64,000 nucleotides of DNA from Candidatus Bathyarchaeota archaeon (GTDB taxonomy: Archaea > Thermoproteota > Bathyarchaeia > Bathyarchaeales > Bathycorpusculaceae). How positions within the stretch are numbered: position 1 is the first letter of the stretch; each line of letters opens with the position of its first letter. The position numbers were made by a program, and so were the translations under genes. The stretch lies in contig CAWGYA010000001.1 in NCBI GenBank assembly GCA_963826715.1, positions 36,715-100,714 on the forward strand. The letters are read 5' to 3'. Shown here one piece after another: positions 1-10,109 of this stretch. The notes beneath the pieces were generated by a model. It was given only the letters and a program-made list of their open reading frames with translations, was not told the origin of the DNA and searched no databases.

Positions 1-201
1 GGATTTGACATCCAAGACAAAGTTTGGACCGCCTGCAAAGTCAACGCAGTTACAAGAGGTGATTTCGTAGACTAATTTGCCCCGACAATCTTCTGGGAGA
101 GAGGGTTTAACAAACGGATACTTCGTAGTGGCGGGTTTAGTGAAGAGATGCGATATTGCACGTTTAAATATTGGGGATATGCGTGACTTCTTTTTAGCCA
201 T
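1..201 (-). CDS. 4Fe-4S subunit (NuoI/EchF-like) of energy-converting hydrogenase, 3' end outside window
   Basis: Not in ORF track. Manual translation from ATG at 201: MAKKKSRISPIFKRAISHLFTKPATTKYPFVKPSLPEDCRGKLVYEITSCNC...; T-x-x-Y-P...RG is the NuoI N-terminal pattern; directly follows the NuoH-like gene. Confidence 0.8.
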   Translation of the reverse strand, partial: MAKKKSRISPIFKRAISHLFTKPATTKYPFVKPSLPEDCRGKLVYEITSCNCVDFAGGPNFVLDVKS

Positions 202-205
202 CTTG

Positions 206-1213
206 TTACACTCCGATTCCGAATGGATGATAGACCCATGTTACCAATGCGATAGTCACCATAAGCGAGATTAGTGCAGCAGGTAAGAGTATCTTCCAAT
301 TGCCCGAAAGAACTTGGTCGATACGAAGGCGGGCAACAACTGTTGTGATATACTCGCTAATGATTACAACCACCAGTAGCTTAAGCACAAACCATAAAGT
401 AAAGAAGAACCAGTCTAATCCAAAGAAAACTGGACCATTGGGACCGCCTAAGAACAGCTCAACAACCAGGGCTGAACCAAAAACAACTTGGACGTCGCGT
501 GTTAAATGAAGAAAAGCCAGTTTGGCGCCTGTGTATTCTGTTTCTAAACCGCCAACCAACTCGGATTCTGAGTGAGGCACGTCGAAGGGGTCTTTTTCCA
601 GCTCTGCTTGCAGGGTGATTATGAAGAGCACAAACGCCCATGGAGCTAGTAAAATGAAAGGCAAGGGGGCGTTTGCTATTTGGGATATTGTTATGCTTCC
701 TGCTATGAAAGCGGGAGATAAGGCAAGCAGGAATAAAGGAATATCGTAACCGAGGAATTGGGTTAAAACGCGGGCTGAGCCAATTGTACCGTATGGGTTA
801 GAGGATGCCCATCCTGCAAGAAACAATAGGAAGTTTGCTATGGTCGAAAATGCCAAAATAATGATTAAATCGCCAGTGAAGCCACCTGATGAGAGCACAC
901 TTGCACCATCTATAGGTAAAAAACACATCGCAAACATCATAATACTGAATGCCGTTAAAGGCGCAAATCGAAAGACGAGTTTTTTGGTATCTCGAGGTTC
1001 GATGTCTTCTTTAGTTAAAAGTTTAATAAAATCAGCCAGGGGTTGAAGGATTCCGGCAGGTCCAGCAACCATCGGTCCAACTCGGTTCTGAATACGGGCT
1101 TCAAATTTGCGTTCTAACCAATCACAGAACAAAGTTAGAAATAGAATAAAGGTGAAGCCTGGAAAAACAAGTATACGAAAGATTAGCAGGAAATAGTCAA
1201 TCATGAATATCAC
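206..1213 (-). CDS. NuoH/EchB-like membrane subunit of group 4 hydrogenase
   Basis: ERKFEARIQNRVGP, GILQPLADFIKLLTKE and PFDVPHSESELVGG..EY motifs; hydrophobic helices. Confidence 0.93.
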   Translation of the reverse strand: MIFMIDYFLLIFRILVFPGFTFILFLTLFCDWLERKFEARIQNRVGPMVAGPAGILQPLADFIKLLTKEDIEPRDTKKLVFRFAPLTAFSIMMFAMCFLPIDGASVLSSGGFTGDLIIILAFSTIANFLLFLAGWASSNPYGTIGSARVLTQFLGYDIPLFLLALSPAFIAGSITISQIANAPLPFILLAPWAFVLFIITLQAELEKDPFDVPHSESELVGGLETEYTGAKLAFLHLTRDVQVVFGSALVVELFLGGPNGPVFFGLDWFFFTLWFVLKLLVVVIISEYITTVVARLRIDQVLSGNWKILLPAALISLMVTIALVTWVYHPFGIGV

Positions 1214-2784
1214 CTATCTGTGCATGAGAAACAAGGGTCTAAGCTGACAAAGTTGGAGGGCACATCAGCAATGCTCTCACCTATAGCTGTCTTAAGGAAT
1301 GAAGGTATGTTAGCAAACGTCGGTGTACGGATTTTAACTCGGTAAGGCATATCAGTTCCGTTGCTTCGGACGTAATAGAAAAGTTCACCCCTGGGCGCCT
1401 CAGAGGAGCATACAGCTTCACCTTCAGGCACACTTCTTGGAAGATCAACTCTTATCGGTCCCGCTGGAAGATGGTCCACAACATATTCAATGATATCAAT
1501 GCTTTCTTCCACTTCGTCAAGGCGAACGTTCATTCTCGCCCAAACGTCACCATCAGTGTATACAATTTGCTTGAATGGAATTTCTTTATAGGCAGAGTAT
1601 GGTATAGTTTTGCGAATGTCCATATCCACGCCGGACCCTCTTGCCACTGGACCGACAACCGAGAGCTTGAGGGCATCTTCGCGACTTAAAGTCCCAACAT
1701 CTTTCATGCGAAGTCGAAGCGTTGGTTCATCCAAGTACATTTTGCGATAGAAGGGCAGTTTACCTCGCAAATCTTCAAGCACAGTTTTGATTTTGGGAAC
1801 ATGCTCAGGGTTTAAGTCTCGTCTGACACCGCCTATTGTAATTAATGACCCATATACGCGGTTACCACTTGTCAATTCTATTAGGTCCATTATGGGTTCC
1901 CGATCTCTCCAAAAATACTGAAAGAGGGTTTCATACCCGATTTCTAAGCCTGCATGTCCTAAAGTTAAGAGATGGCTGTGTAAACGGTTAAGTTCTAAAG
2001 CGATAACCCTCAGATACTCCCCTCGTTCAGGAACAGATGCTTTATGTATTTTCTCAACCGCGCCAACGAAGGTATATGCATGAATTGCGTTGCAAATCCC
2101 ACAGACACGCTCCACCAAATATGTATCTTGCAGATAAGTGCGTGATTCAGTAGTTTTTTCGATACCCCGATGAACATAGCCTATGCGGGGTTCAACCTTT
2201 GTAACTGTTTCACCGTCAACAGTAACTGAAAACTTTTCCGGCTCTAGCAATGCAGGATGCTGAGGACCTATGATGATTTTTACTTCTCTGCCTTCAGCTG
2301 CTGTATTGGCTTCTCTTTCGGGTGTTGGAACAAGTTTCACTTTTGTTGGGTCAACGTCTTTACGTAAGGGATAAACTCCGTCAGGCCAGTTCTCGGAAAG
2401 TACAAAATGACCGTTGAATTCATTTCCTTCGAATACGACGCCTAAAAGGTCAGTTACTTCAAGCTCATGGAATGCTGCACCGGGGTGGATGTCAACAACA
2501 GTTTTAATTTTCGGATTCTCTTTAGGCACTTCTGCCTTGATAGTGAGGAAGGGATCTGATGTATGCACATGATAGTAAACACCTATAGTTGCACCCAGAT
2601 CTATGCCTGTTATGGCTGTTATGCCTGTCTTCTCATCCGCGTCTATCATAGCTTTTAAGACATCATAATGTAAACCGTTATTGGCAGTAATTACAGCCGC
2701 CTCTAGATTGCCTCGTTGAACTTTGATTTTTTCGCCGAATTTTGATTCAACTAAACTAATGACATCAACTTTACTATCGGACAT
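1210..2784 (-). CDS. Group 4 [NiFe]-hydrogenase large subunit fused to an N-terminal NuoC/EchD-like domain
   Basis: NuoC-like N-terminus (ELEVTDLLGVVF...PLRKD); GPQHP, GYVHRGIEK, RVCGIC (L1) and DPCFSCTDR (L2) motifs. Confidence 0.93.
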   Translation of the reverse strand: MSDSKVDVISLVESKFGEKIKVQRGNLEAAVITANNGLHYDVLKAMIDADEKTGITAITGIDLGATIGVYYHVHTSDPFLTIKAEVPKENPKIKTVVDIHPGAAFHELEVTDLLGVVFEGNEFNGHFVLSENWPDGVYPLRKDVDPTKVKLVPTPEREANTAAEGREVKIIIGPQHPALLEPEKFSVTVDGETVTKVEPRIGYVHRGIEKTTESRTYLQDTYLVERVCGICNAIHAYTFVGAVEKIHKASVPERGEYLRVIALELNRLHSHLLTLGHAGLEIGYETLFQYFWRDREPIMDLIELTSGNRVYGSLITIGGVRRDLNPEHVPKIKTVLEDLRGKLPFYRKMYLDEPTLRLRMKDVGTLSREDALKLSVVGPVARGSGVDMDIRKTIPYSAYKEIPFKQIVYTDGDVWARMNVRLDEVEESIDIIEYVVDHLPAGPIRVDLPRSVPEGEAVCSSEAPRGELFYYVRSNGTDMPYRVKIRTPTFANIPSFLKTAIGESIADVPSNFVSLDPCFSCTDR

Positions 2785-2785
2785 C

Positions 2786-3274
2786 TTATTTTACCTCTTG
2801 ACCAACTGGGACCTCTACTGGAGAAGCCTCAACCTTGGTTTTTTTCTGTTTTGGTGGATTAATCGCGTTTAGAAGCTTCACAACTCCATCGATTATTGCT
2901 TCAGGTCGCGGTGGACAACCGGGTATATACGCGGAAACTGGAAGAATCTTGTCTACTCCGCCAACTACATTGTAGTTACCTTCAAAAACGCCGCCGCTAC
3001 AGGCGCATGCTCCAATCGCTACAACGAATTTAGGTTGAGGCATCTGATCGTAAACTCGCTTTAATCGTTCAGCACATTGCTGAGTTACACAGCCCGTCAC
3101 TAGAAGCACGTCAGCATGGCGAGGGGATGGCTCAAGTTTTATGCCGAATCGCTCAACATCATATTTTGGCGTAAGCAACGCAACAATTTCAATGTCGCAA
3201 CCATTGCAAGCACCCGAGTTAAAATGCAGAACCCATGGAGATTTTACGCGAGCCCATGTTTTTGTATCTGTCAT
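2786..3274 (-). CDS. Hydrogenase small subunit (NuoB/EchC-like)
   Basis: CNGCDIE, PRHADVLLVTG, GACA and PGCPPRP motifs; start moved to ATG 3274, which overlaps the upstream stop (TAATG). Confidence 0.93.
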   Translation of the reverse strand: MTDTKTWARVKSPWVLHFNSGACNGCDIEIVALLTPKYDVERFGIKLEPSPRHADVLLVTGCVTQQCAERLKRVYDQMPQPKFVVAIGACACSGGVFEGNYNVVGGVDKILPVSAYIPGCPPRPEAIIDGVVKLLNAINPPKQKKTKVEASPVEVPVGQEVK

Positions 3275-3606
3275 TATTCTTTTCCTCCTCCATCTAGGAG
3301 CACTAAACCTGCGGCAAGGATAATACCGAGGTAGAGAATTAATAGAAGCCAATTTGTGCTTGCCAACGCAAACGCAGCGAAGGCAAGAACCAAAACAGAT
3401 GAATCAAATACTACGAAGTAAATGAGATATTTATAGAGAGATACGTTGATTTTTAATCCTTGAAAAGTAACTTTTTCTCCGCAAGCATAAGCCGATTGCT
3501 CATTTTCGCTTAGGACGGTTTTGGGAGCTGAACGTTTACCAATAACAAAGATTGCTAGTGAAGCAATGAATATCAAGAAAAAGGCAATGATAGCTTCAAC
3601 AATCAT
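3274..3606 (-). CDS. NuoA-like membrane subunit
   Basis: Three TM helices, YACGE loop, Y.IYFVVFD motif; first gene of the operon. Confidence 0.88.
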   Translation of the reverse strand: MIVEAIIAFFLIFIASLAIFVIGKRSAPKTVLSENEQSAYACGEKVTFQGLKINVSLYKYLIYFVVFDSSVLVLAFAAFALASTNWLLLILYLGIILAAGLVLLDGGGKE

Positions 3607-3966
3607 TCGGTTTTTTCCACTCCATAAATTTAAATGTTCTTTTAGTCAAGGCAACATCAAGGATTGAGCCGAATCGGCGTTTATTATATCCAACAGCGTC
3701 GATACAACCGTATTTAAGTCTATCTACATTATAACTGGGCAAATGAACAAAATTTTGGCAACCTTTCAAATGATTAGCAAATGAGTAGCGGTCGATTTTA
3801 CTTAAGTTGCCTAGCATAGTCTCTCCCATTGCTTTTCTCTCCTATACTGCCCCGAGATAGTTCACTAAAAACACTACACTTGCATTTAAATTTTAAGAAA
3901 CAGAAAGTGAAAAATTTCATGATTTTTCACAATATTATCTGAAGTTTTCTGTGAGTAATATTTTCT

Positions 3967-5070
3967 TTAAACCGATATTTCATCACTCAACCCATTCTCA
4001 GGATACGGGAATAAATGAGTTTTCTCAAGCGGATACGTAATTGTGATTTCCTCACCGACAGAAACCCAATCCTCCGTCAACGAAGGACGATTAATCACAA
4101 AGTGATCACCATTATCCAGTCTAATATCATAGCGGACAATTGTACCCTCAAAAGTAGTTTTATCAATTTTTCCAAATAGGGCATTATTGGCAACAAGATG
4201 CCCACGATGCATTTCGCAGGTTTCAGGGCGAATCGCTAATACAATACGTTCCTCTTCTTTGATATCTCGCTCGTTAAAAGCCTTAATTTTAAGGCCCTGC
4301 CGCAATTCTATTTCAGAGAAGTCGCCTTCATTTCGGGTAATGTAGCCCTCCAAAAAGTTTGATTCACCAATAAAATGTGCAACAAACAAGCTGCTAGGAT
4401 GCACATACAGGTCTTTAGGTGAACCAATTTGAATAATTTTTCCTTTTTTCATAACGGCGATTCTATCCGAAATAGACATTGCTTCAGCTTGATCATGAGT
4501 AACATGAATAGCAGTTAATTTTAGGTCCTTTGCCATGCGACGAATTTCATATCGAATTTCATTACGGACTTTAGCGTCCAATTGACCCAGAGGTTCATCC
4601 AAAAGTAAAGTTTTAGCTCCCGCAGCCAACGCGCGTGCTACCGCAATTCGTTGCATCATCCCCCCGCTGAGCTCACTCGGATAGGCATCCAGACGTTCAC
4701 TAAGTTTTACGAGTTCAAGAACTTCATGCCCAATAGTTTCAGCTTGCTTGGCATCGTAGTTTTTGACTTTGGGACCATAAATCACGTTACTCCAAGCAGT
4801 CATGTGAGGAAAAAGCGCAAAAGTTTGAAAAACAAAGCCTATGTCCCGATCTTCCGGAGGGTCTTTGTCAACACGGCGCTCACCTATGTATATTTCACCA
4901 CTATCAGGGTCAATAAGTCCTGCGATAACTCGCAGCAGAGTCGTTTTACCGCATCCACTTGGACCCAGTAGCGAAAAATATTCTTGATCGCGAATAGTTA
5001 AACTGACGTGATCCAGTGCGTAGACGTTACCATATTTTTTTGTGACGTTTACAATTTTGACATCGGGCAT
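3967..5070 (-). CDS. ABC transporter ATP-binding protein (PotA/CysA-like, C-terminal TOBE)
   Basis: GPSGCGKT, LSGGMMQR, LLLDEP and HVTHDQ motifs. Confidence 0.93.
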   Translation of the reverse strand: MPDVKIVNVTKKYGNVYALDHVSLTIRDQEYFSLLGPSGCGKTTLLRVIAGLIDPDSGEIYIGERRVDKDPPEDRDIGFVFQTFALFPHMTAWSNVIYGPKVKNYDAKQAETIGHEVLELVKLSERLDAYPSELSGGMMQRIAVARALAAGAKTLLLDEPLGQLDAKVRNEIRYEIRRMAKDLKLTAIHVTHDQAEAMSISDRIAVMKKGKIIQIGSPKDLYVHPSSLFVAHFIGESNFLEGYITRNEGDFSEIELRQGLKIKAFNERDIKEEERIVLAIRPETCEMHRGHLVANNALFGKIDKTTFEGTIVRYDIRLDNGDHFVINRPSLTEDWVSVGEEITITYPLEKTHLFPYPENGLSDEISV

Positions 5071-5118
5071 GTTTAGTTTTCTCCTCTTGAAAATTTTTTG
5101 GTACTTTTTGTTATCATG

Positions 5119-6807
5119 TTATTCTTTTCCTTTTTTGGTTAACAGCCTCAACCCGAACAGAATAATGAAGCTGAAGAGAATAAGCAACCCACAGGCTAAA
5201 CCGACCGTTAAAGTGCTGACACCGGTTATTGGAGCAATTACACCTCTAACCGAATTCACCCAGTTAACGATAAGAACAGGCGCCGTGGTCAAGTTGTCCG
5301 TTACCGCTAAGGAAGCTCCAGTTTCACTTACGCTACGGGTAAATACAATTATTGCCCCCGATAATATAGAATATTTGGTAAGCGGCAGAACAATACTTCT
5401 AAACACCGTAAAAGGTTTAGCGCCTAAAGTTTTTGCAGCTTCCTCCAGATCAAGGTTGATCCGGTCCATTGCCGCAGACATTGACCTCACAAAGTAAGGG
5501 TAAGTTATTGCTAAATGGGCAAAAACTAACAATAAAAAGTCCGGGATACCTGATATACCCTGCCAGAAAAACTTGAGCGAAACACCCAAAGCAATAGAAG
5601 GTACAATAATTGGCACATTTATTAGAGAATCAATTATAGCTGAAGGGAGTTTGCCAAAGGTTTTGCGAGTAATAAAGATAGCCATAGGAATGCCTGTAAT
5701 AATTCCTAAAACAGTAACAATACCCCCTAATCCGTAAGAGAGAAGCAAACTTTGCCAAAAACTGGACCAAATACCCGCTCCAGTGAAAGCATCAAACAAA
5801 TTAGTTCCAGTGAAAACAGCCTGGAAAGCCGGCAAAGCAACGAAAACCGATGGAAGCAAAACTAAGAGTAAGAAAACAGCCAATGCTATGCTATTACGTG
5901 ACCAAACGCCCCCTTTGTAGCTTATTTTTTTCTCAAATAAAGGCAAGCCCTTGCCGAATGGAAGTTTGATACGGTTTCCTATTATGCGAATTAGAGCAAA
6001 GAGAACTAAAGAAACAATAATTAAGATAAGACTGGCAAAAACGGTTCCGCCCTCATAAGCTGCTTGGGAAATTGTGCCCGAAGCTAGATTGTTTTTTAGA
6101 TCTTGTATGAATACCGGACCGTTCTGAAAAACAAGACCTGCCACAATAAAGGTAGCGCCTGTTTCGGAAAGCGACCGGGCAAAAGCCAAAGAAAACGCAG
6201 CAATAAGAGATGGCTTTATAATGGGGAACGTTACCGTTCGGGCGGCTGTCATCGGTGGAGCACCCATGGTTCGTGATGCTCGTTCATACTCCATTTTATA
6301 GTCCATCATTGCCCCAACCACAACACGAACAACAACAGGGAATGAGAAAGTAAAGTGCAGAAGCATAACCAAAAGCCAACCCGGAGAAACAAGAGAATAT
6401 CCGAAAAGCCCTGAAATACCGCTGCTTGATCCCCAGAAAAGCAGAAGCGAATATCCTAAAGCTGCTGTAGGAACTATGAAAGGTAAATCAGCCAAAGTAT
6501 CTAAAATTCTAATCCATCTTGAGTTGCTACGGGTGATGAGCCATGCCAAAGGGACTCCCGCCACCAAGTCCAAAGCGGCAACGATTAAACCAATTGTAAA
6601 AGAGTTTAAGATAGCTGTGAGCGCAGCTTGGGTAAGTTGAGGATTCTCCAGAAAACTTTGCATCGCTGGAGCTTTGATTAGGATTCCTATAATTGGTGGC
6701 ACGAGAATAATAACCAAAAAGATGATGATTGCGGAGAGGTAGAGGGTGTACTTTAGGGGTTTTTTAGAGGATAAACCATTGAGTGTTTTCCAGACTTTAC
6801 TGCTAAT
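5119..6807 (-). CDS. ABC transporter permease with two fused TM domains (Fe3+/thiamine/molybdate-type)
   Basis: Two EAA loops (ERASRTMGA, EEAAKTLGA); start proposed at in-frame ATT 6807 (track uses TTG 6717). Confidence 0.85.
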   Translation of the reverse strand: MSSKVWKTLNGLSSKKPLKYTLYLSAIIIFLVIILVPPIIGILIKAPAMQSFLENPQLTQAALTAILNSFTIGLIVAALDLVAGVPLAWLITRSNSRWIRILDTLADLPFIVPTAALGYSLLLFWGSSSGISGLFGYSLVSPGWLLVMLLHFTFSFPVVVRVVVGAMMDYKMEYERASRTMGAPPMTAARTVTFPIIKPSLIAAFSLAFARSLSETGATFIVAGLVFQNGPVFIQDLKNNLASGTISQAAYEGGTVFASLILIIVSLVLFALIRIIGNRIKLPFGKGLPLFEKKISYKGGVWSRNSIALAVFLLLVLLPSVFVALPAFQAVFTGTNLFDAFTGAGIWSSFWQSLLLSYGLGGIVTVLGIITGIPMAIFITRKTFGKLPSAIIDSLINVPIIVPSIALGVSLKFFWQGISGIPDFLLLVFAHLAITYPYFVRSMSAAMDRINLDLEEAAKTLGAKPFTVFRSIVLPLTKYSILSGAIIVFTRSVSETGASLAVTDNLTTAPVLIVNWVNSVRGVIAPITGVSTLTVGLACGLLILFSFIILFGLRLLTKKGKE

Positions 6808-7321
6808 CCTTGTGCCGCTCCTGTTTCCAAGGGTAATTTAGCTCAAAGGAGAATTAATTTAGTGTTCAAGTATATTAGCTGTTACATAGTACTGGAGCCT
6901 TTTTCAATATTTTTCTCTTAAAATACATAGTTAATGGTAAACGATGATAACTATAGAGAATCGACTTCTAAAACTGGATTCATTAAGAATCTTTTTTAAC
7001 AATTAATCGGCCAACCATAATTCACCTAAAAAGACCCGAATTATGGAGCAACTTAAAGGCATAAAACTCAAATATCGACCATATTAATGCCCTTAACAAT
7101 ATTTTGAGTCAATAAAATTTGAGATAAAAAGCTTGGACAACTAATCGGAAATAATCATCATCCAAAGTCTAAGAAAACAATGCAGAAAAAATAGTAATGA
7201 AAACTATTTTATCATCCGAGATGATATCTCAAAATTCTGGAGTGTCTTTAGCAAAGAAAAAAGATTGAATCTTCGAATATATGTTTCAAACAATAGAAAA
7301 ACATAAAAATGGAGACCATTT

Positions 7322-7972
7322 TTAGGCTTCCAAACTACTTCTTCTATTAACAGGTTTTTCAGATGAAACCTCAGGAAAACGTTCCTTGAGTCTGCTCTCA
7401 GCAGCCACCTCGGCTTCTTCCAAAATCTGCAAAGCATCAGCACTTGCCATAACCGTATCAACAGGCGAATCACCGCTTTGGTTGGTTGAAACTACAATAT
7501 CCGAAAGCAAATTGCCAATATTTCCAAGCTCCTGACTTGCCTCAGGTAGAATACTACACATCTCTGTCCTCACATTACTTAGAAGACTCCTTGCAGGCGC
7601 CAGCACCGTCACTAAATCTCCAAGCTCAGAAACCGTGTTTAGACGCATTGAAACACTTTGCAGAGCAAGAGAAGCATGAGAAAGCATTCTTTCAACTTTT
7701 CGGATTTCTGAGAGTTCTGTTGCGAGTATATTTGCCCGAGCTTCATCCCTCTGAGTCATAGCTTTTACCACACGATTAAAAATTTCAGCATCTCTGCCTT
7801 GAAAACGCGAAACCGCCTGGTCAAGCGTCTTAGTTTGTATGTCTAAACGCTGAGTAACCTGCATAATTTGCTCTTTCAAATTCTCCGATGGCTTACCAAC
7901 ATTAGCTATTTTGGAAACAATTGATTGATCTTTTGGCTTGCTGTTCCACCGGTCCACAAAATGTCTAACCAA
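7322..7972 (-). CDS. Snf7/ESCRT-III family protein (CdvB paralog)
   Basis: Helical core with RANILATELSEIRK and RLNTVSELGD, typical of crenarchaeal-type CdvB homologs. Confidence 0.85.
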   Translation of the reverse strand: MVRHFVDRWNSKPKDQSIVSKIANVGKPSENLKEQIMQVTQRLDIQTKTLDQAVSRFQGRDAEIFNRVVKAMTQRDEARANILATELSEIRKVERMLSHASLALQSVSMRLNTVSELGDLVTVLAPARSLLSNVRTEMCSILPEASQELGNIGNLLSDIVVSTNQSGDSPVDTVMASADALQILEEAEVAAESRLKERFPEVSSEKPVNRRSSLEA

Positions 7973-8027
7973 AGCTATTCCTCAAGCTTCTCTAAGGCGC
8001 CTTTAATAAAAGAGTGTTCGACTCAAT

Positions 8028-8046
8028 TAAGTTAAACGTTAACTTA
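8028..8046. promoter_or_regulatory. Palindrome TAAGTTAA-ACG-TTAACTTA upstream of the CdvB-like gene
   Basis: Perfect 8-bp arms in the intergenic region; AT-rich context lowers significance. Confidence 0.35.
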
Positions 8047-8307
8047 CTATCATGTAGTTTTTTATATTAAACTATAAAGTGCAAAAGATTTTTTAGAGGT
8101 TTTCTACATGAAATTGAATGCTTTTTAATAGAAAAGGGTTTTGAGAGTATTTAAATGAGTTTTTGGAGTAATTACAAGCCAATGATTTTAAGACTAAATT
8201 AGGTAACTTTCAACCTCAAACCAAGATTCTTTTAAGATAAAGTGGAAATGGAAGAAAAACAAAAATTATATTAGTGGTTTAACGAGAGATTAAATATATC
8301 TTTTGGA

Positions 8308-9318
8308 GTGGACAATTTGGAAACTCTTTTGTTAACGGATGAACAGGTAAAGAAACTTCTTTCAATATCTGAAGTTATCAAGGCTGTCGAATTAGCCTTC
8401 GTACAAAAAGGAAATGGTCGAGTTCAAATGCCCGCTAAGGTTTACTTGTACTTCAATAAGTACAACGGCGATTTAAGAACCATGCCCAGCTACCTTGAAG
8501 ACCTAGAAATATCAACCGTTAAAATAGTAAATGTTCATCCAGACAACCACGTCAAATACAAGCTACCCACAGTCATGGCAATTATTACCCTGATTGATCC
8601 ATCAAACGGATTCCCACTTGCCATAATGGGAGCCACAACTTTAACAGATATGAGAACAGGCGCCGCAGGGGGAGTGGCCGCGAAATTCTTAGCCAAGAAA
8701 GATCCCCGGATTGTTGGTTTGGTGGGTGCAGGCGCCCAATCAAGGACGCAGCTAATGGCGTTATTTGAAGTATATAGTAAACTCGAAGAAATCAGAATTT
8801 GGAGCCGACACCCAGAGACAGAAAGCACCTTTTTAACTGAAGCAGAAAAAGCTTATGGGCATTCGTGCAAGTTTATTTTGGAACCAAGCGTAAGAAAAAC
8901 CGTAGCAAATGCAGACATTGTGGTAACTACTACACCATCAAGACAACCCCTTGTTATGGATGATATGATTTCTCCAGGTATGCACATTAACTGTATTGGA
9001 GCCGATGCATTTGGGAAAGAAGAACTTGACCCACTCATTTTGAAGAGGTCAAAAATGGTGGTTGATGATTGGGAGCAAGCATCTCATACAGGTCAAATAA
9101 ACATACCCTTGATGTTGAGGGATAAAATAATAACTAAAGAGGACATATGGGCAGAAATCGGTGAAATAGCCGCTGGGTTAAAACCTGGACGAACATCTGA
9201 AGACGAGATTACGGTATTTACTTCAACTGGATTAGCGGTTCAGGATGCTGTTACTGCTAAAATTGCATATGATAAAGCGTTACTAAATCGTATTGGAAAG
9301 TTTATCAAGATTGTTTGA
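8308..9318 (+). CDS. ala: Alanine dehydrogenase (ornithine cyclodeaminase/mu-crystallin family)
   Basis: GDLRTMP, KIVNVHP, RTGAAG, GAGAQ and STGLAVQD motifs. Confidence 0.88.
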   Translation: MDNLETLLLTDEQVKKLLSISEVIKAVELAFVQKGNGRVQMPAKVYLYFNKYNGDLRTMPSYLEDLEISTVKIVNVHPDNHVKYKLPTVMAIITLIDPSNGFPLAIMGATTLTDMRTGAAGGVAAKFLAKKDPRIVGLVGAGAQSRTQLMALFEVYSKLEEIRIWSRHPETESTFLTEAEKAYGHSCKFILEPSVRKTVANADIVVTTTPSRQPLVMDDMISPGMHINCIGADAFGKEELDPLILKRSKMVVDDWEQASHTGQINIPLMLRDKIITKEDIWAEIGEIAAGLKPGRTSEDEITVFTSTGLAVQDAVTAKIAYDKALLNRIGKFIKIV

Positions 9319-9396
9319 AGAAAAGTAACTTAGTTTGCAAAGAATACGCATTTAGAAACATCGAATTGTAAATTCTTACTTAAAATAAAAAACTTA

Positions 9397-9852
9397 TTAT
9401 GTCAGTGCGTTTAACGCTTCTTTTGCGTGCTTATTGAATTTGAGCTGCGACACGAAAATATGCTTCACGATACCGTTTTTGTCTATAACGAAAGTTACTC
9501 TGCCTGGAATGCCCAATGTGGCGGCAACCCCATATAATTTTCGAACACTATTATTGGCATCGCTCAACAGGATATAGGGCAAATTATGGTGAGAAATAAA
9601 TTGTTTATGTGACTCCACAGTTTGGGAACTAATGCCTATAACCTCTGCATCTTTCTCTGTGAAGGCTTCATAGCTATCCCTGAAAGACTTCGCTTCCTTG
9701 ACACAAGTCGGTCCTTCATCTCTCGGGTAGAAAAATAAGACAATATTCTTTTTTCCGAAAAATTGTGATAGAGTAATATTTTCGCCGTTGCTTGCTGGAA
9801 GTGTGAAATCCAGGGCTTTGTCACCAATCTTTAATTTAGTCATATTTTTCAC
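9397..9852 (-). CDS. bcp: Peroxiredoxin (BCP/PrxQ), single Cys
   Basis: FFYP...PTCVKEA and GRVTFVID motifs; no resolving Cys. Confidence 0.9.
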   Translation of the reverse strand: MKNMTKLKIGDKALDFTLPASNGENITLSQFFGKKNIVLFFYPRDEGPTCVKEAKSFRDSYEAFTEKDAEVIGISSQTVESHKQFISHHNLPYILLSDANNSVRKLYGVAATLGIPGRVTFVIDKNGIVKHIFVSQLKFNKHAKEALNALT

Positions 9853-10109
9853 TCTAAAGATTAAAGGTGTTTTTTCCGGATTTTAATCTAATCTAATTTT
9901 GAAATTCTGCTCTTAATACTTTGTCAGCGTGGTATTATTAGGAATGTAGTAGATGTTTTGAAGCAGCCTCCAATAGATGACTTTTTTATGGAATCCATAA
10001 ATCCGGATGACAACAAAAGCGCACATATGCACATCTCTTAATTCCAACCTAATATCTGATTTGGTTGCGCTAAACGATGTATATTAATTTTTTTTATTAA
10101 CAGAAATGC

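Noticed and set aside
3596-3829. 77-aa ORF upstream of the nuoA-like gene
   Set aside because: No recognisable motif; runs through the likely promoter region of the operon
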